64,000 nucleotides of DNA from Peribolospora baueri. Lineage: Eukaryota. The position numbers were made by a program, and so were the translations under genes. The number at the start of each line of letters is the position of its first letter. Within the stretch, counting starts at the first letter, position 1. Below, piece after piece: positions 40,267-53,731 of the stretch. Where the stretch lies: positions 1-64,000 of the forward strand of contig JAMDHS010000077.1 in the NCBI GenBank assembly GCA_029717555.1, written 5' to 3'. The notes beneath the pieces were generated by a model. It saw nothing but the letters and a program-made list of their open reading frames with translations. It did no database searches and was not told where the DNA came from.

Positions 40267-43050
40267 TCACATGACATATCGGAAGTAAAGGACGTTCTGC
40301 CTATCGGTTTGGTCCTTAAATTGGTATGTCTCGCTTGCAGCTGCGACGTCGCGCAGCTCAGGGTGGCCTTCCGTCCCAGCTAGGAGTAGGCGGTCGCGGC
40401 GTTTATTCTCCCATGTGTAGTAGATGCGGAGCGAAAGGAGGAGGACGGTGTTGACACAGAGGCAGACCACTGGAGAGTTCATAAGAGCCGAAGAAACTCA
40501 GCCGGTGCGGTTCATTTACGGGCGATGGCAACGACAGCGGCCTTGCCAAAGCCTTAACGGCAACCTGAGCTTCACTCACACGTCATGCCGAGGGCCAGAT
40601 TGTATTTGCCATTCTTGCCGATTCTGATAAAGAACAGAGGTCCGAAAATCTGGCCAAAGGCGACTGGAGATAGCATGACAAAGTGTGCGGTGATAGCCGA
40701 GGAGGTTAAGTGAGTCGTGCTAAGGGCACCGGCCAATTCAATGCCTTGTACTCACAGGCGCCGAAGACGATGGCGGCAGATGTAGTCTTCTTGCTGAACC
40801 CAACTGAAGCCGAGTTGCGAAAAGGGGGAAGATCATGGCCGTCAACGCCTTTGCTTGAGAAGGGCATCATGTGCGGGAGCATGCTCGCCCACCTGTATTC
40901 GCACTGAGGACACTGAACATGATAGAGAAGATGCTTGTGCCAAACCAGAGTAAAGCTTGCCTGCAATCATCGGCGGGGGGTCATCAGGGTCTCGGTCGTC
41001 AACGCAAAGAGGACGCAAGAGCTAAAGGATTGACGAGTATGAAGAGAAGATGAACCACTCACCCGATGATGGACGGAACTTTGTCCTTGAGAGGTAGCTT
41101 GACGAGCATGGCCGCACCGACAATGGAAGGAAATTGAGCGAAGAAGCAGACCCAAAGGCGGGCGGCAGGGAGCGTCGAGGCTAGAATGCCGCCCGGAACG
41201 AGCATGAGCAGCTGGAGGAGGGAAGCGGGCAAAGCCGTAAGGAGAGTGGTGTCAAGGGGGGATAGCCCGAAGCTCTGGTGGTGATGGGTACGACGTCGAA
41301 CGAGAAGAATGGAGAGAACGTAAACGTCAGGACCGGACGTGGCAAGGGAAACGAGAGCAGAAAAAGGGCCTCACCCTGACAATGATAGAGCCAAAGTTTG
41401 TTATGCCGGACGAGATGAAGCAATTGAACATTATGATGCAGGCAATCATAATGACCTGAGGGTCCTTGAGAGTCTCCCAGAATTGGGGCCACTTCCAACG
41501 GCTGAAGACAGCAAAAGGGACGAGGTAAGTCGAATGCACAAATGACGAGGAAGCATAGCTCTGGGTGGGCAGCGAGTCAACTCACGTAGACTTGAATCCA
41601 GTCATGTTGGACCGGATGCGTTCCAATGCGATGACCTTCTCGTCTTGATTCAGCCATCTTGCGTTGGAGGGCGAGTCGGGAACCAAGAGATAGAATAGGA
41701 GGGCAACGGGAATGGTGGCCCCACCGAACAGCTGAAAACGTGGGTAAGTCGAAATCGTGAGCGGGCAGAAGAGAGAGGCGTTCGAAGGAGGGAGGCCGAA
41801 TGAACTTACGAGGTAGAAGATCTTCCACTTGGCCAACTCCGGGTGACTGATGCGCCCAATTCCATAACCGACGAGGCCACTAGAGAAAATCAGGCGTGAG
41901 AGAACCGAAAGCCAAGCCAAAGAACACCAAGGCGGGCGTCAGCCTCGACCTCGACTCCGCCCACACATTCATTTGGCGATATTTGCAAGCACTGAACGGC
42001 TACGCGGACCGTGTTTGTCCTGGAGACTCCGTTCTCACCCAATGATGTTGGCATACGCGGCACCCAAGAACCAAATCATCTGACGGAGTGGCTGCTCTTG
42101 CCTCGTGTACCACATGCCCGTCATGATCATTACGGTGGGGCAGCTGAAGGCCTCGGCAAAGCCCAGGAAGAAACGGGCGAAGAGTAGGCCGGCGGGATTG
42201 CGGACGGCTGCTATACACATGCTGTCGACAACGGAGAAGAAACATATCGACGGTGAAACGGGCGGCATAATGCGGAGACCTGAAGAGGGCAAGTGTCACG
42301 TACAGGATTCCGCTCCAAATGACGATGGTAGCGCTGGTGAGCTTGGCAATGGGTAGCCTCTGCGCCAGCTTACCGAGGGTTGCCTGGGCCAATAGAAAAC
42401 CGACTTCGTAAAGGACCACCAACGTGAGGTCAGTTGACGTCGACACGTCAGAGCGTGTAAGGTCACAAATAACTCATCCCCTCACCATAGAAGATGCTTC
42501 CACCCCACAGGTACTGAGTGTTGTTGAGGTGTAGGTCCGGCTTGAGTCCCCAAACAGAGGAATAGCCGTAGCACACCTTATCAAGGAACTGCAAGGTGTA
42601 AAGAAGGGTGAACATGGCTGTGAAAGAGGGGAGACGCAACGAGAATGCCAAAAAAGGTGGGGGGGGGGGAGACGCACCCAATTTGAGCAAGCGGAGAGCA
42701 CCCTGAAGCAAAGATAAAGATGGCACAGAGCAATTACGACGCACGCATGAGAATCATGTCAAGCTTGCGCCTGACACGGGCGTTGTCCGCCTCGGAGGTT
42801 GCCACCTGCTTGCGTTGAAGAACCTCCTCCGCGATGTCGTCCCATTTGTCATTGAAACTGGCGCCCAGGTCAAAGTGGTCGAGCTCCGGCGACGGCTGAT
42901 GGGCATCGACGACGCGAAAAGGTCGACTTCCTTGCCCGACTCGACGTGCTGCTCATCGCTCCCCCCATATTGCTCCGCATCCATCGAAGCCCTGACCTGC
43001 AAGGCTCGAGGGCCGTCGGCGCGAGCGGAAGGGTACTCTGGCTGGTCCAT
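40267..43050 (-). CDS. MFS anion:cation symporter (allantoate permease/Dal5 family); possible 5' frameshift
   Basis: RVRRKLDMIL, LQFLDK, ARFFLGFAEA, MWYTRQEQPLR, PDSPSNARWL, WENKRRD and FKDQTDRQN..FRYVM*. Confidence 0.8.
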
Positions 43051-44676
43051 GCTAGCGGGGAACTGCTCGATGGAACGTGGGTGGAGAGAACTGCGAGAAA
43101 GAGAACGGCAGATGAGACTGTGTCACGCCCGTCCCCCCATCTTTGGTACCCTCCGGCGCCGTCCCTTTCTTTTCTTCTCTGACCAAGGCCGTGCACGACG
43201 AGCAAGCGAGGTGAGTCGCTCTCACGAGCAGACGCGCTCCGCCCGGACGTCCGTGTGTGCTCTCTCTCGGGAACTGGTGCCATGGTGTCAGAATGAGGAC
43301 CAGAAGTTACGCTGACTGAACGGGCACCATGCGCTGTCCCGCGCTAAGCAAGACCAGCCAAGCGACCACCCTTGGTGCGTCGATGGCGGGCTGGAAGACA
43401 CCTGACAGCCTCCTCGCCAGCGGCTGAACGAGGCGGCCCATTGGCGACGGAAATGGACGGTTGCTGTAGGCACAGCGCTGCAGACAGATATGGATCAGTA
43501 GCTCATCTCCACCGTCGTCGACACAGGGCCGCACAGAGACCGACTGCATGGTCATGGACATTCGTTGAGCGTGCACTTGCAGTAATACGCTCGTCCTCGT
43601 CCTCGTCCTCCGCAACGACGACGGAGATCGGGCAGAGATAGGCGCGGGTGGCTTACGTCAGCACGCAGCGTCTTAATTTCTCGCCTTGTTTCGCCCGGCC
43701 TCGGAGTTTTCGGCGGCGGCGCCTCCGCATGGCACCCTTGCACAAAGCGGCGCGTCGATGCCGATTGCCCGCGTCGCACAGTCGCACAAGAAAGTCGCAC
43801 CCAAGCCGATGTCGGACAGACGTCTTCTCGACCACGACCACGAAGAGCGTCTCGTACTATGAGGACCGGAGCGCACGCTCCCATCCGCCCAGTCGGACTG
43901 GTGCACCCCCTCATTCCGACGAGTCCGCGCCGCGCACGCCGGATGTATACTCGGGCAAGACCGCCCGACGGCCAGACCCTGGTCGGACGGTCGGAGAAAA
44001 AGAAATGGCCCCCATTCTGTCTGAGCTCCGCCCGACTTGCATTCCCCATGTCCACCATCTCATCGACCTGCGTATGTGTGTGCGATGAGTGAAGACGAGT
44101 CCGTGCTAGCTGGGACATCCTGCTGTACCTGTTCCTCGCTGATTGGACTATCTGATCGGCCCGCGTGGTCACGTTCACATTCCCATATCGACCGTCGCCG
44201 CCAGATTCTCATCGTTCCCAGATCCATGCTTCCCTCCCTCACCCCATCTGTACGCCTGTCGTTTTCGAGTTTTCCACGTCACTGCCCACTTGCCCAAAGG
44301 GGGGCATGGAGTCGCAGATAACATAACGAAGACCGGTACAGACCCCTTAAGGCCCTCAGCAGCGGACAAAACAATTTGAACCGAAGAACGATTTGCCGTT
44401 TTCTTTCGCATAGGTGCCTGGAATGACGCGCGACGTGTGCAGACCGACCTCCTCCGTCGCTCTTTTTGCGGACCGGCTTCGTGTCGCTCTTCGGGGGAAA
44501 TGGTCGAGTACTTAAGTCTCGCCGCCGTTTCGCACTCGACATTGCATAGGCTGCCACTGCACTCGCTAGTGTGCGCTTCTACTCTTGTCGTAGACGCCGT
44601 CTCCAGCCCCAAGGAGCACAAAGCACATCAGCCATGTTCGCCGGGGGCAACCCCATTCGGGGCGTGTCCCAGGTGA

Positions 44677-46209
44677 GGAGGAACGATCGCCCGAAGCTTT
44701 GTTCTTCCCGCTGTCGACACTGAAACACATCGGACACCTACGTTCCTCCCTTCGCCCCCCTATCTTCTCGACCACCATCAGGCCTTCGACCAAATGGAAG
44801 AAAAGTTTGGGTTGCTCTACGAGGCACCCCTCGCGTTCCTACCACCCGAAGTTTGGTCCGATGAAGGCGACGTGGAACGAAACGAAGACGATACGCGAAT
44901 ACCTATTTCATTGCTTCATCGTAGCAATGCCGGAGGACACCGTAGTGTCCCCTTCGTCATCTGAGAAGAGGTCAAGCCGTATCTGGATCGAGCCGAGGTC
45001 ATCAAGGCGGAGAAAGGCTCTGGAGCCTCCCACCAAGGCCTGGAGGGAAAGTTGCGGTTCGGCCGAGGCTTATTTGGACGTGGAGGTGGCACTTCTGCCA
45101 AATCATTGGCCGATGGTGGTGGTGCCGGCCAGGACATCTCAACACCCACCGCCACTGCGCGTCATCAAGGACTGAGTGGAAAGGGTCGGGATAGCAACGA
45201 CCATGCTAGCCACCCTCAGAATGTCGGCTTTCCCCATCTGACAACCGCCTTTGGTGCCATCGACCGTGATTCCATCGTTCCAGGTCCCTTTTCGCCTTTG
45301 CTCTGTTCTCTCGACCTCCAGGACGTCAAAGAGACTGCCATGATCGGACTGGCACTGGACAACGACGACGACGACGCTGTCGAGCACACGGGAGGTCGAG
45401 CTGCCATTCAATACCCTTATGTGCCTCGCTATCCCATCTCGCCCGTTCAATCGACGAAAAGAACGACCATCGGCGCCTTCTCGTTCCAGTCCGAATCGAC
45501 CGGAAGCTCAGGAGGCTCTTCTCATCCGAGCGACGTTTTGAGCAACCTCGAGCTACCGTCTTCACCAAAGCGTTCGGACAACCGCCTGGGCGTGACTCTT
45601 GCCGTGCTCAAGAGGCGACTCGGCATTGATATGGGTTACTTGCGCCAGGTCCGGAAGTCGCTCTCTGCCGGACACCTTCAACTGGCCGCCGCTCGTCGGA
45701 CACGCGCTGGAGGCACGGCACCAGGACAGACCGTCGAGCTTCTCGCTTCCATTGGCTTGACGCCTCGGTCCAACATCCTCAACGCCGTTTCGTCCTTCTC
45801 CCTCCGTTCCTCCACGCCCTCCAGCTGCAGCTCCACGATTCTATCCAAGTCGTCCGGCGGTAGTTCCTCCATGTCAAACGCTTTCATCCCGCAATTTGAC
45901 ATTGGCATCAATTTGAGCTCGACGACCGCCGAGAACGGCTTGTACTACCAAAATCCTACCGTGTTTTTGAAGACCGCCAAGAAGCTTCTCAAGAAGGCCA
46001 ACAAGGGCGCTCTTTTGAACAAGACCCTCGCTGCTTTTCCTTCTGGTGACCCGGTGCGGCGGCTTAACGAGGCAATGCATGCCGGTCCCGAGGGTGACAT
46101 GATCGCCTCCGGTATAATTTTGCCCGTGATTGAATTTGAGGCGGGCCATCAGGTGGTGACTAGGCAGACCGTCGTCGACCACCGCGAACGACCTGTGACG
46201 GCTAGCTGA
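44677..46209 (+). pseudogene. Long hypothetical ORF interrupted by one in-frame TGA (44962-44964)
   Basis: The frame of the 385-aa ORF extends upstream (QMEEKFGLLYEAPLAFLPPEVWSDEGDVE...PFVI*EEVKPYLDRAEVIK). No family was recognised. Confidence 0.4.
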
Positions 46210-46881
46210 CTCCGCTCGTCCATGGGTCGGTTTCATGTTTGACGCCCCCCTGCCCGGCCCTAAACAAAAAAACCGACAGTCCGCCATTATCCTCGGTGTG
46301 AGCGATGCAGACAAGGACTGGAGTTTACCCGACATCGAGATTGCCAAGACTCTTGTACAGAAGGCCATATGGACTTCCGGTGCGTAGCTACGAATTAGTG
46401 GCGTTTTTTTTTGCACCGAGAAGCATCGTCTCTGACGTCCGTTCCGTCTGTCTATACGCTCCGTCCGTCAGACTTATTCTAATGCCGGATCGGTATATCC
46501 GCCCACAGTTTTCCACTTTTGGTACGCTCGCTCCCCCCCCTTCCCCTCGTTCCAGGAGAGAACAAAGTACAGACGAGAGCTTCCCACTCCTTATGGATCT
46601 CTCCGGATTACTTTACGTTTCTTCGACGCTTTCGATTAGCCAAGCCGTTCTCGGAGCTCGAAGCTGTGTGCTGTTTGGAATTCAGGTTCTATTTGGGACA
46701 CCTTCCAGCCATGACGAGCACAGGAAAGGACACGAAAAGGATGCCGAGGTACTTGGAGTACCGAAGTGGACTCTCTATCAGGTGCTTTCGCGCCGCGGCG
46801 TCTACAAGGAAACGTGAATCCGAGGTCGCACGAGGAGCCAGGGAAGACGAAATGACTCGCCTAGACAGACCCCTTGGCGCT

Positions 46882-48013
46882 TTACTTCTTCCAGATCTCT
46901 ACCGCCCAGTCCATGATTTGAGCTTTGGGGAAGCCCAAGGCGCTAAACTGAGGGGGAAAAGGCGCCATCTTTTCTACGGGTCTCATCCAGACCCGCACCC
47001 CCACGTTTTCCTTTCTCTCTCCATACACTTGCGCCGTCCAGAGCTTGGTCCACGACTCGGAGCCATGTTCAAAGCCGGGCCCGTTACTGGAGATGCAGGT
47101 CTCGCCCCCCGGTACGAGACTGCCACGGTTGCGCCCGAAAATAATGGACGGCTTGTCAGCACTTGAAGACTCGAGGTTGAGGAGGGACGCCAAACGCTTG
47201 GCGAGCACCAGCTGGACGGGCTTGTCGAAGAGATGGAAGAAAAATCCTGCGTATATGGCCGTCACCTTCCCAAGGAAAGAGGATAGATCGGTGAGGGCAC
47301 GCGCGGGCACAGATGGTGGAGGGGGCTTTGAAGGGTCGAAGAACGCGTCCGAGAACATGTCCCCCGCAATGAATGTGATGGGGCAGGTGGTCGGCGAGTC
47401 ACGGAACAGGGTGTAGCCATAGTCAATGAGTCCTGATGGGCGGAAAAGGTGGAATCCCCCAAGGTGAACACAGATCCTACCGCTTCCTACTCCGGTCATG
47501 CTCCGCTTTGGCCGTCATTCTTACCTTGCCTCAGATCCGTTGCGAAAGCCCTGTCAGCCTCCCACCCGTCAAAGACGACCTTCCTGATGTCTATACCGAA
47601 GCAAGCGCCCACATCAAGAAAGACGTGGTCAGGCCGGAAACGAGGCGAAGAAGGCTGGCACTGGGCGAGCGCGGTCGGATAGGAGGGATGCAAGGCGACG
47701 GCGATTTCGAAATGCTGGCAGAGCCCTGGTCACGCCGTTTGGGATGAGGACGCCGTTGAGCCCATGCGGACGTATGTCGCATGCGAAGAAAAGGGGATCA
47801 GGGATTGGCCGGCCGCTAGGGCTCACAGATGCAGGGATACGGAAACTGGGTCTCGTACGCTTCCTTGCTGACACCGACGAGATGCTCTTTCAGTTCCGTC
47901 TCATCGTCGATCCCCGTCGTCTTGCGGAAGAACTCGAGGTGTCCCGGTTCGTATTTATCCACGCGGTAGACGTCGGGATCGAAGAGGGGGGCCGGGAGAT
48001 ACGACTTCGTCAT
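46882..48013 (-). CDS. SAM-dependent methyltransferase (AusD-like fungal family)
   Basis: FPYPCI, FLDVGACFGIDIRKVVFDG, GYTLFRD, FIAGDMF and FFHLFD motifs. Confidence 0.8.
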
Positions 48014-48573
48014 GGCCGGACGGAGTTGTGAGGAGGGGATGGCGCCGGCGGCTTATGAGGACAACGAACGGAAGGACGAGAGAGAGAACGAGTGAGCTGA
48101 CCGCCGGCTGACTGCTCTCCCCAGGCATTCCGATTTATGTCCTTTCGTGGCCGGCAGCCAAACAAGAGTCTGCTAGCTTGTACGGACGTGAGTGCCGGAA
48201 CGTGTCCTGGACCGACACAGAAACCAGGCGAACTCCGCCGGCCGTCTCGCCAGCGATGGTGGTGAGTACCGGTGCCTAAAATTGAACTACCCTCGCCATT
48301 ATCAATCTCCATGGCGGGTCAGCATGTGCGTGCATGTGGCTCGTACGGACGGGCCATCGGGCGTCGTACGCGTGAGAGACGACATGGTCAGGTGGATACG
48401 ACAAGGCGTCTCGATATCAAGCTCAATCCCAGCACCCCGGCGCGCAGCAGATGCAGTCACCGTCGTTCTACTCAGATGATACGGTATGGCTGTCCCAATG
48501 GCAACGTTGCAGCGGACGCAAATGCTCGTGACAAATGACAACAACCCATGATCGGCCGTCCGTAGCCGCCATC

Positions 48574-50233
48574 CTATTTTTTCTCTTCACCCTCATCCCG
48601 GTTCTGTTGCATGCTCATCTCGATCGCCCTCGCGATCGCCTCCTCCTCCGTCATCTCCTCGTCCTCGTCTCCTTCTCCCGCACCGGCCATCTCCACATCT
48701 TCGCTCTTCATGCCGCCCGCTTCACCGCCGCCTTCTCCTCGACTGAGAGCGAGTGCCTGTTGCACCATCGCGTCCTCGCTCTTCCCAGCCTCTTCCAGCG
48801 TAGCCGTTCCTGACGCGCCGGTGATGCTCTCCGCGCCAGGCGCCACGAGCGAGCCAGAGCCGGCCAGGGGCTGCGGCTCTGCAGTGGTAGTAGTAGACGG
48901 CGCTGCAGCACCTTCGGGCACAGACTCCAGTTGAGGCTCGTTGGAGGGTCGAGAAGCCGCTTCTGCCGCTTGCTGACGTGCTCGCTCCTCTTCCAACGAC
49001 ATGCGGAGCGCCTGAATTCCGGAAAGGTCCGATAAACAGGTGTAAGTTAGCAACATACCATGACGGCTCAGCCAGCGAGAACCCAATATGAATGGCATCG
49101 CCGAGTAATCGGAGCACGCGACGCACCATCGCCAACTCCGGGTCCATGCTCGGATCCACGCCGAATTCGAAGCCTTCGCCACCCGCCCCACCCGCTCCGC
49201 CCGTCTCCATTGCATCCTCGTCTTGCAGTATTGGAGAGGAGACGATGATGTCGGACAAGAGGCGTGGACCAGCCGGAACGCTCAACAGATGGCTGGTGGT
49301 TGCCAGGGTAGAAGAACGGATAACATATGAAGACGGCTCTCATAAGGCTCCCATCCCAGCCCCCAACTCCAGCACCGGAGAACTTTGGACCGCTTGCGAC
49401 CACTTACCTATTGTCACCAGAGTTGAGCGCCTCAACAAACTTTGCCAGCTTCTCCTCGTTCTCCGCATCCTCTCCGAAGTTGATCACGTCAACAGCCACA
49501 TTGTTCTTCTTAAGTTTTTTGCCCAACCTCACGAGGGAATCTACTTCGTCTGAAACCGGGGAGCCGACGAAGACGATCACGCGCTGTCGCTGGTTCTTGT
49601 CTTGTCGGTGCTTCAGCGCGAGCTACAGGACGACGATGGTCAGACATACGTAGCTTGCCAAGTCAGAATGGCCGCTTGGGAGGACGTTTGAGCACCTTGG
49701 TCGAGTCAAGTACTCACCTGAGCCACCTGAATGCCGGCAGATACGCTTGCATTGCCACTGATCTTGGTGTTGTGCAAGCCATGGAGGATTTTGCCGATGT
49801 CCTGTGTGAGCGTTGCGAGCACCTCCGGACTGAATCAAATCAGAAATAGCAAAACAAGTGAAAGAGAGATGGTTTTAACAAGGCAAGTTCGGAGGTAGAC
49901 GTCCTGGACGTGTCTGCCCTTCTCGATTCACGGGCTCCCCCACGCACCCCTTGCCCGCCATGGTCATCAGACCAACGGCGTTCTCCGGATTGGAATTGGT
50001 CTTCCTGTTAAAAATGACATTCACAGCGTCGGACTGCGCCTCAAACCGAGATGGAGGATAGTCCCCGTTGCGCATGTACTCGGAGTTGTCGAGTCTGTGC
50101 GGTGGTCGAGCGAAGATCCGAAAGGAGCGAGAGTGAGGACGACAGCGTCGATCATCCAACAGCGACAACACGGTGATCGCGCGCATTTGCCTGGAAATGA
50201 CACTCACACGAGCATGGTCGCCTCGAGCACCAT
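48574..50233 (-). CDS. RPN10: 26S proteasome regulatory subunit Rpn10
   Basis: [26 protein letters not shown] and [13 protein letters not shown] (vWA); [26 protein letters not shown] and [10 protein letters not shown] (UIMs). Confidence 0.95.
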
Positions 50234-50766
50234 CTTGGGCAGTTAGTGATAGAGCTCAGATGGCGGTGTGCTGTAGTTGAGTGCTAAACAGCAAGGATGC
50301 GTTCGAGGATCTCTATCAAAGACCCTTTACGGAGGTGGCACCGATCAGCAAGGCCATACCGAGCCCGGTCACCGAATGACGCGTCTCGCGCACGCCGATC
50401 ACTTCCGGCGCACGCTCCCGCACGCAACGCCCCGACCCCAGACCGGATAGACAGCCAGCCGACTGATGGACGACTTGGACAAACACTTACAACATAGACT
50501 CGAGCGACTACGTCGTCCATCTCGTCCGTCGCCATTCAGTTCCTGCACAACTAGGGGATCGACTTGTCCTCCACCCCATTTGACCCTTTGTCTCTACTCC
50601 AGCCATACCCCGCGCCCATCGTACTCGCAAACACCATCGCTCTCGCTCGCGCCCTCAGGCGACAACCTCGGCCGAGCCCTCTCCCCCCTTCGCCTCCTTC
50701 GCTTCCTCTTCCTCTCTTTCCCCTCCCAGCGGCTCAGACTTAGTGAACGGTGGTCTCTCGCCCGTG

Positions 50767-52304
50767 ATGGCGGGCCGCATCAGAGAGGTATGGGCCAACA
50801 ATATTGAGCAGGAGATGCAACACCTCAGGGAGACCATCGATAGGTATCCATTCGTAGCCATGGTGAGTGCCTTCTTCGAGAAGTTTTTGGTACACGCTGA
50901 AGTATGGAAACGAATTATATATATATATGTATATATATATATGGATAGATAGATAGATTCATAGCATGCAGACTTACCTCGGCTCATTTTTTTTTCTCGT
51001 AGGACACTGAGTTCCCAGGCATCGTAGCAAGACCGATAGGTACTTTCCGCGGCTCGAGTGACTACCATTATCAAACGCTCCGGTGCAACGTCGACTTGCT
51101 CAAGCTTATCCAGCTTGGTGTTACACTCTGCGACGAGCAAGGAAACCTCCCGCCAGACGTTTGCACGTGGCAGTTCAACTTTCGGTTTTCCATGAAGTAA
51201 GCGGCGAGCGAATGCAGTCTTCAGTTAATGTGCGGCATATGGCCAATGGGCACTCACTCCCACTCCATTTGCCTTTCGTCATCATGTCCAGCAACGACAT
51301 GTACGCTCCAGACTCGATTGACCTCCTCCAGAAAGCGGGCATCGACTTCAAGCGGAATGAGGACTACGGCATCGACGTGGAGGTGTTTGGAGAGCTCCTC
51401 ATCACTAGTGGTCTCGTCTTGCTCGACGACGTCCGGTGGATTAGCTTTCACAGGTGAGAAATGATGGGCCACAGTGGAATAACTACATCGTTGTCTCACC
51501 CGTCTTTCAATGCTCTCGATCATGCTGCTCGTCGCACTAAACAGCGGCTATGACTTTGGCTATCTCCTCAAAGTGGTCACCTGCTCTCCCCTCCCGGCAC
51601 AAGAGGACGAGTTCTTCGAGCTGCTCCGGATTTGGTTCCCTTGCGTCTATGACATCAAATTTCTGATGCGAAGCTGTAAGACGCTGAAGGGAGGTTTGCA
51701 AGACGTTGCGGATGAACTGCAGGTGAGTGCCGGGCTTGTAGGCTTGCATGTTGTCTTCCGCTGTGCTCACTGCTGATGTACGGTCTCTCCCAACTGCTCC
51801 GCAGGTTGCAAGGATCGGACAGCAGCATCAAGCTGGTAGTGACAGTCTTTTGACGGCCAGCACGTTCTTCAAGATGCGATCCAAGTTCTTCCAAGACTCC
51901 ATTGATGACAGCAAATTCTTGTGTGTACAGCCCTCTGCACGCCTAAACCTGCTTTCCCATCTGACTTATGTCTAACTGCACGTCACTCGTCTCCCCTCTC
52001 CTTCTCCCTTCGCAGAGGCTGTCTCTACGGCTTCGCCAACCACAGCTCCAATCGTCTACCAACCCCCGCTCCTGCCCACGCCGCCGCTGCCGCTGCCGCC
52101 GCCTCCACCACCAACGGCTCTTACCCCTATCCTCCATTGAACAACCACAACCATGACTACGCTAACAATCCGCCATCAACACCCAAAGATACGCACGCCA
52201 ATATGATGCCTCCAACGCCAAGTCCTTATGGGAGAGGCGCCATGGGCAGCGAGAACCTTTTCGCCCGCAGCGCAATGGGTGCAATTGGCGCCGGGGACCG
52301 ATGA
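50767..52304 (+). CDS. CAF1: CCR4-NOT deadenylase subunit Caf1/Pop2
   Basis: [48 protein letters not shown] and [10 protein letters not shown]. An additional upstream exon cannot be excluded. Confidence 0.93.
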
Positions 52305-53064
52305 GATGAGGTTGTCGAGATTGGTTGGATATGCGAGATGGGCGGGCGCTTTGGAGAGGCGGAGGCCATGAGTCACTTCGCTGAGGGACAAAGTATGATG
52401 TGACCAGTGTACACTATCGTCCGGTTCAGACTTGAGTCAAGCGTGTATGCAAATATGTAATCACCCGAGGCGAGGGACAATGGAACCTTGTTCTCTTTGT
52501 ATTCCTCGCCCAGCCGTGTCTTTTTCGATTCTTACCTGTGCTGGCCGTTCCTCTTACTGACTCGGTTCATCTCTGTCTCCCTGCCATGTTAGATCGAGGT
52601 GCTTGGATGGTTTGGCAGTGCAAAGACGAATGATCCGTCAAAGTGAGGGTGGCTGAGTCCGCTTACTTTGTCGCCTCTTTTCAACTTAAAATGGAGGCGT
52701 TCAGACGTCCCGGAGGAAGCGCCGTGCAGCTATTCAGCCAAAACTTTGACAGTCCTTCCTTTCTTCATTTCCTTCCTTTCATAACGATATACTCTGGTAA
52801 TCTCTCCGTCCACATCTCCCCGTTTCTCTTCCTTTGTTATTCTCCCAGGTCAAGCATCCGGCGTTCCTGTATGCAACTTGCGCAACATTCGAGTCATAAT
52901 GGTCGTGTAATGAGATCACTGTGATCAACCATCTTGTTGGGAGCTTTGCTTCTTTCCTAGGCGTCTTAGATGCTCTAAATCCAGGACAGCTCAGTCCTGC
53001 AGGCAACCGGAACGGATTGACTTTGACGTGCCATTCACTTAGACTATTTTTGCTGCAAATGCAA

Positions 53065-53277
53065 TCGCCATTGTCCCACGAATATCTCTTCGAGTCGCCA
53101 ACGATAACTATCGGATATTTTCGGAGTCCACACGTCGAACGATTAGAATTAATGTTTCCGATAGTTTCAAAAGCTTGTCTTTCTGGTCAAACTTGCGTGC
53201 CTGATCTACCTAGGATACAGGTGCGATCAATATGCGTTATGGCATCCTGTGCGATCAATCTTGCGTCGCCATTGTCC
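53065..53277. promoter_or_regulatory. Repeated TCGCCATTGTCC motif upstream of the pheromone gene (candidate pheromone response element)
   Basis: Exact 12-mer at 53065-53076 and 53266-53277; contains the HMG-box core ATTGT/ACAAT. Confidence 0.5.
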
Positions 53278-53397
53278 GTTGCATGCAGTTTGGGACCCGA
53301 GCCGGTTCTCCTACCCGCGCCCCGCACATCCATCCGACGAGGGCCAGTTGAGTGTCTGTCCTCATCGAGTTTTGAGAACCGTTACTCGAGCGTCGTC

Positions 53398-53405
53398 TAT
53401 ATAAA
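53398..53405 (+). promoter_or_regulatory. TATA box of the pheromone gene
   Basis: TATATAAA about 110 bp upstream of the ATG at 53511. Confidence 0.55.
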
Positions 53406-53510
53406 CAAGGGCCCCCTGTGCAAAGTCGTTGCCGCCAAGTTCTCATGGACTCGCCGCCCACCTTAAGACCTGGCCACTCATCCGTCACGCCTCGCCTCAA
53501 CACCATTGTA

Positions 53511-53621
53511 ATGGACCCTACCGTCCAATCTGACAACATCTCGGTCGTAAAAACAGATTCTGTTCCAACCAACCAGGAGAGCCCACCTCAGTCGCCTCCT
53601 ACATCATGTGTTATTGCCTGA
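53511..53621 (+). CDS. Lipopeptide mating pheromone precursor (36 aa, CAAX = CVIA)
   Basis: MDPTVQSDNISVVKTDSVPTNQESPPQSPPTSCVIA*. The PxNQE segment resembles the Cryptococcus MFalpha processing region. It has an upstream TATA box and an STE3 gene ~4.5 kb away. Confidence 0.88.
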   Translation: MDPTVQSDNISVVKTDSVPTNQESPPQSPPTSCVIA

Positions 53622-53731
53622 GCCGTACTGGTACGTCTTGTTCCTTTGTAAACCCCCTCCTACCTTTCGCCGTGTATTCATGCCGCAACCACGTGTCCAC
53701 AGGACAAGCCCTTACGTCAACTCAACCCTAC

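Noticed and set aside
43653..43730. Short minus-strand ORF ending in CAAX-like CVLT (MRRRRRRKLRGRAKQGEKLRRCVLT)
   Set aside because: It is polybasic, has no acidic processing motif and no obvious TATA box, so it is probably a chance CAAX rather than a second pheromone.
40267..48013. MFS transporter plus methyltransferase as a secondary-metabolite cluster
   Set aside because: There is no backbone enzyme (PKS, NRPS or terpene synthase) in the window.
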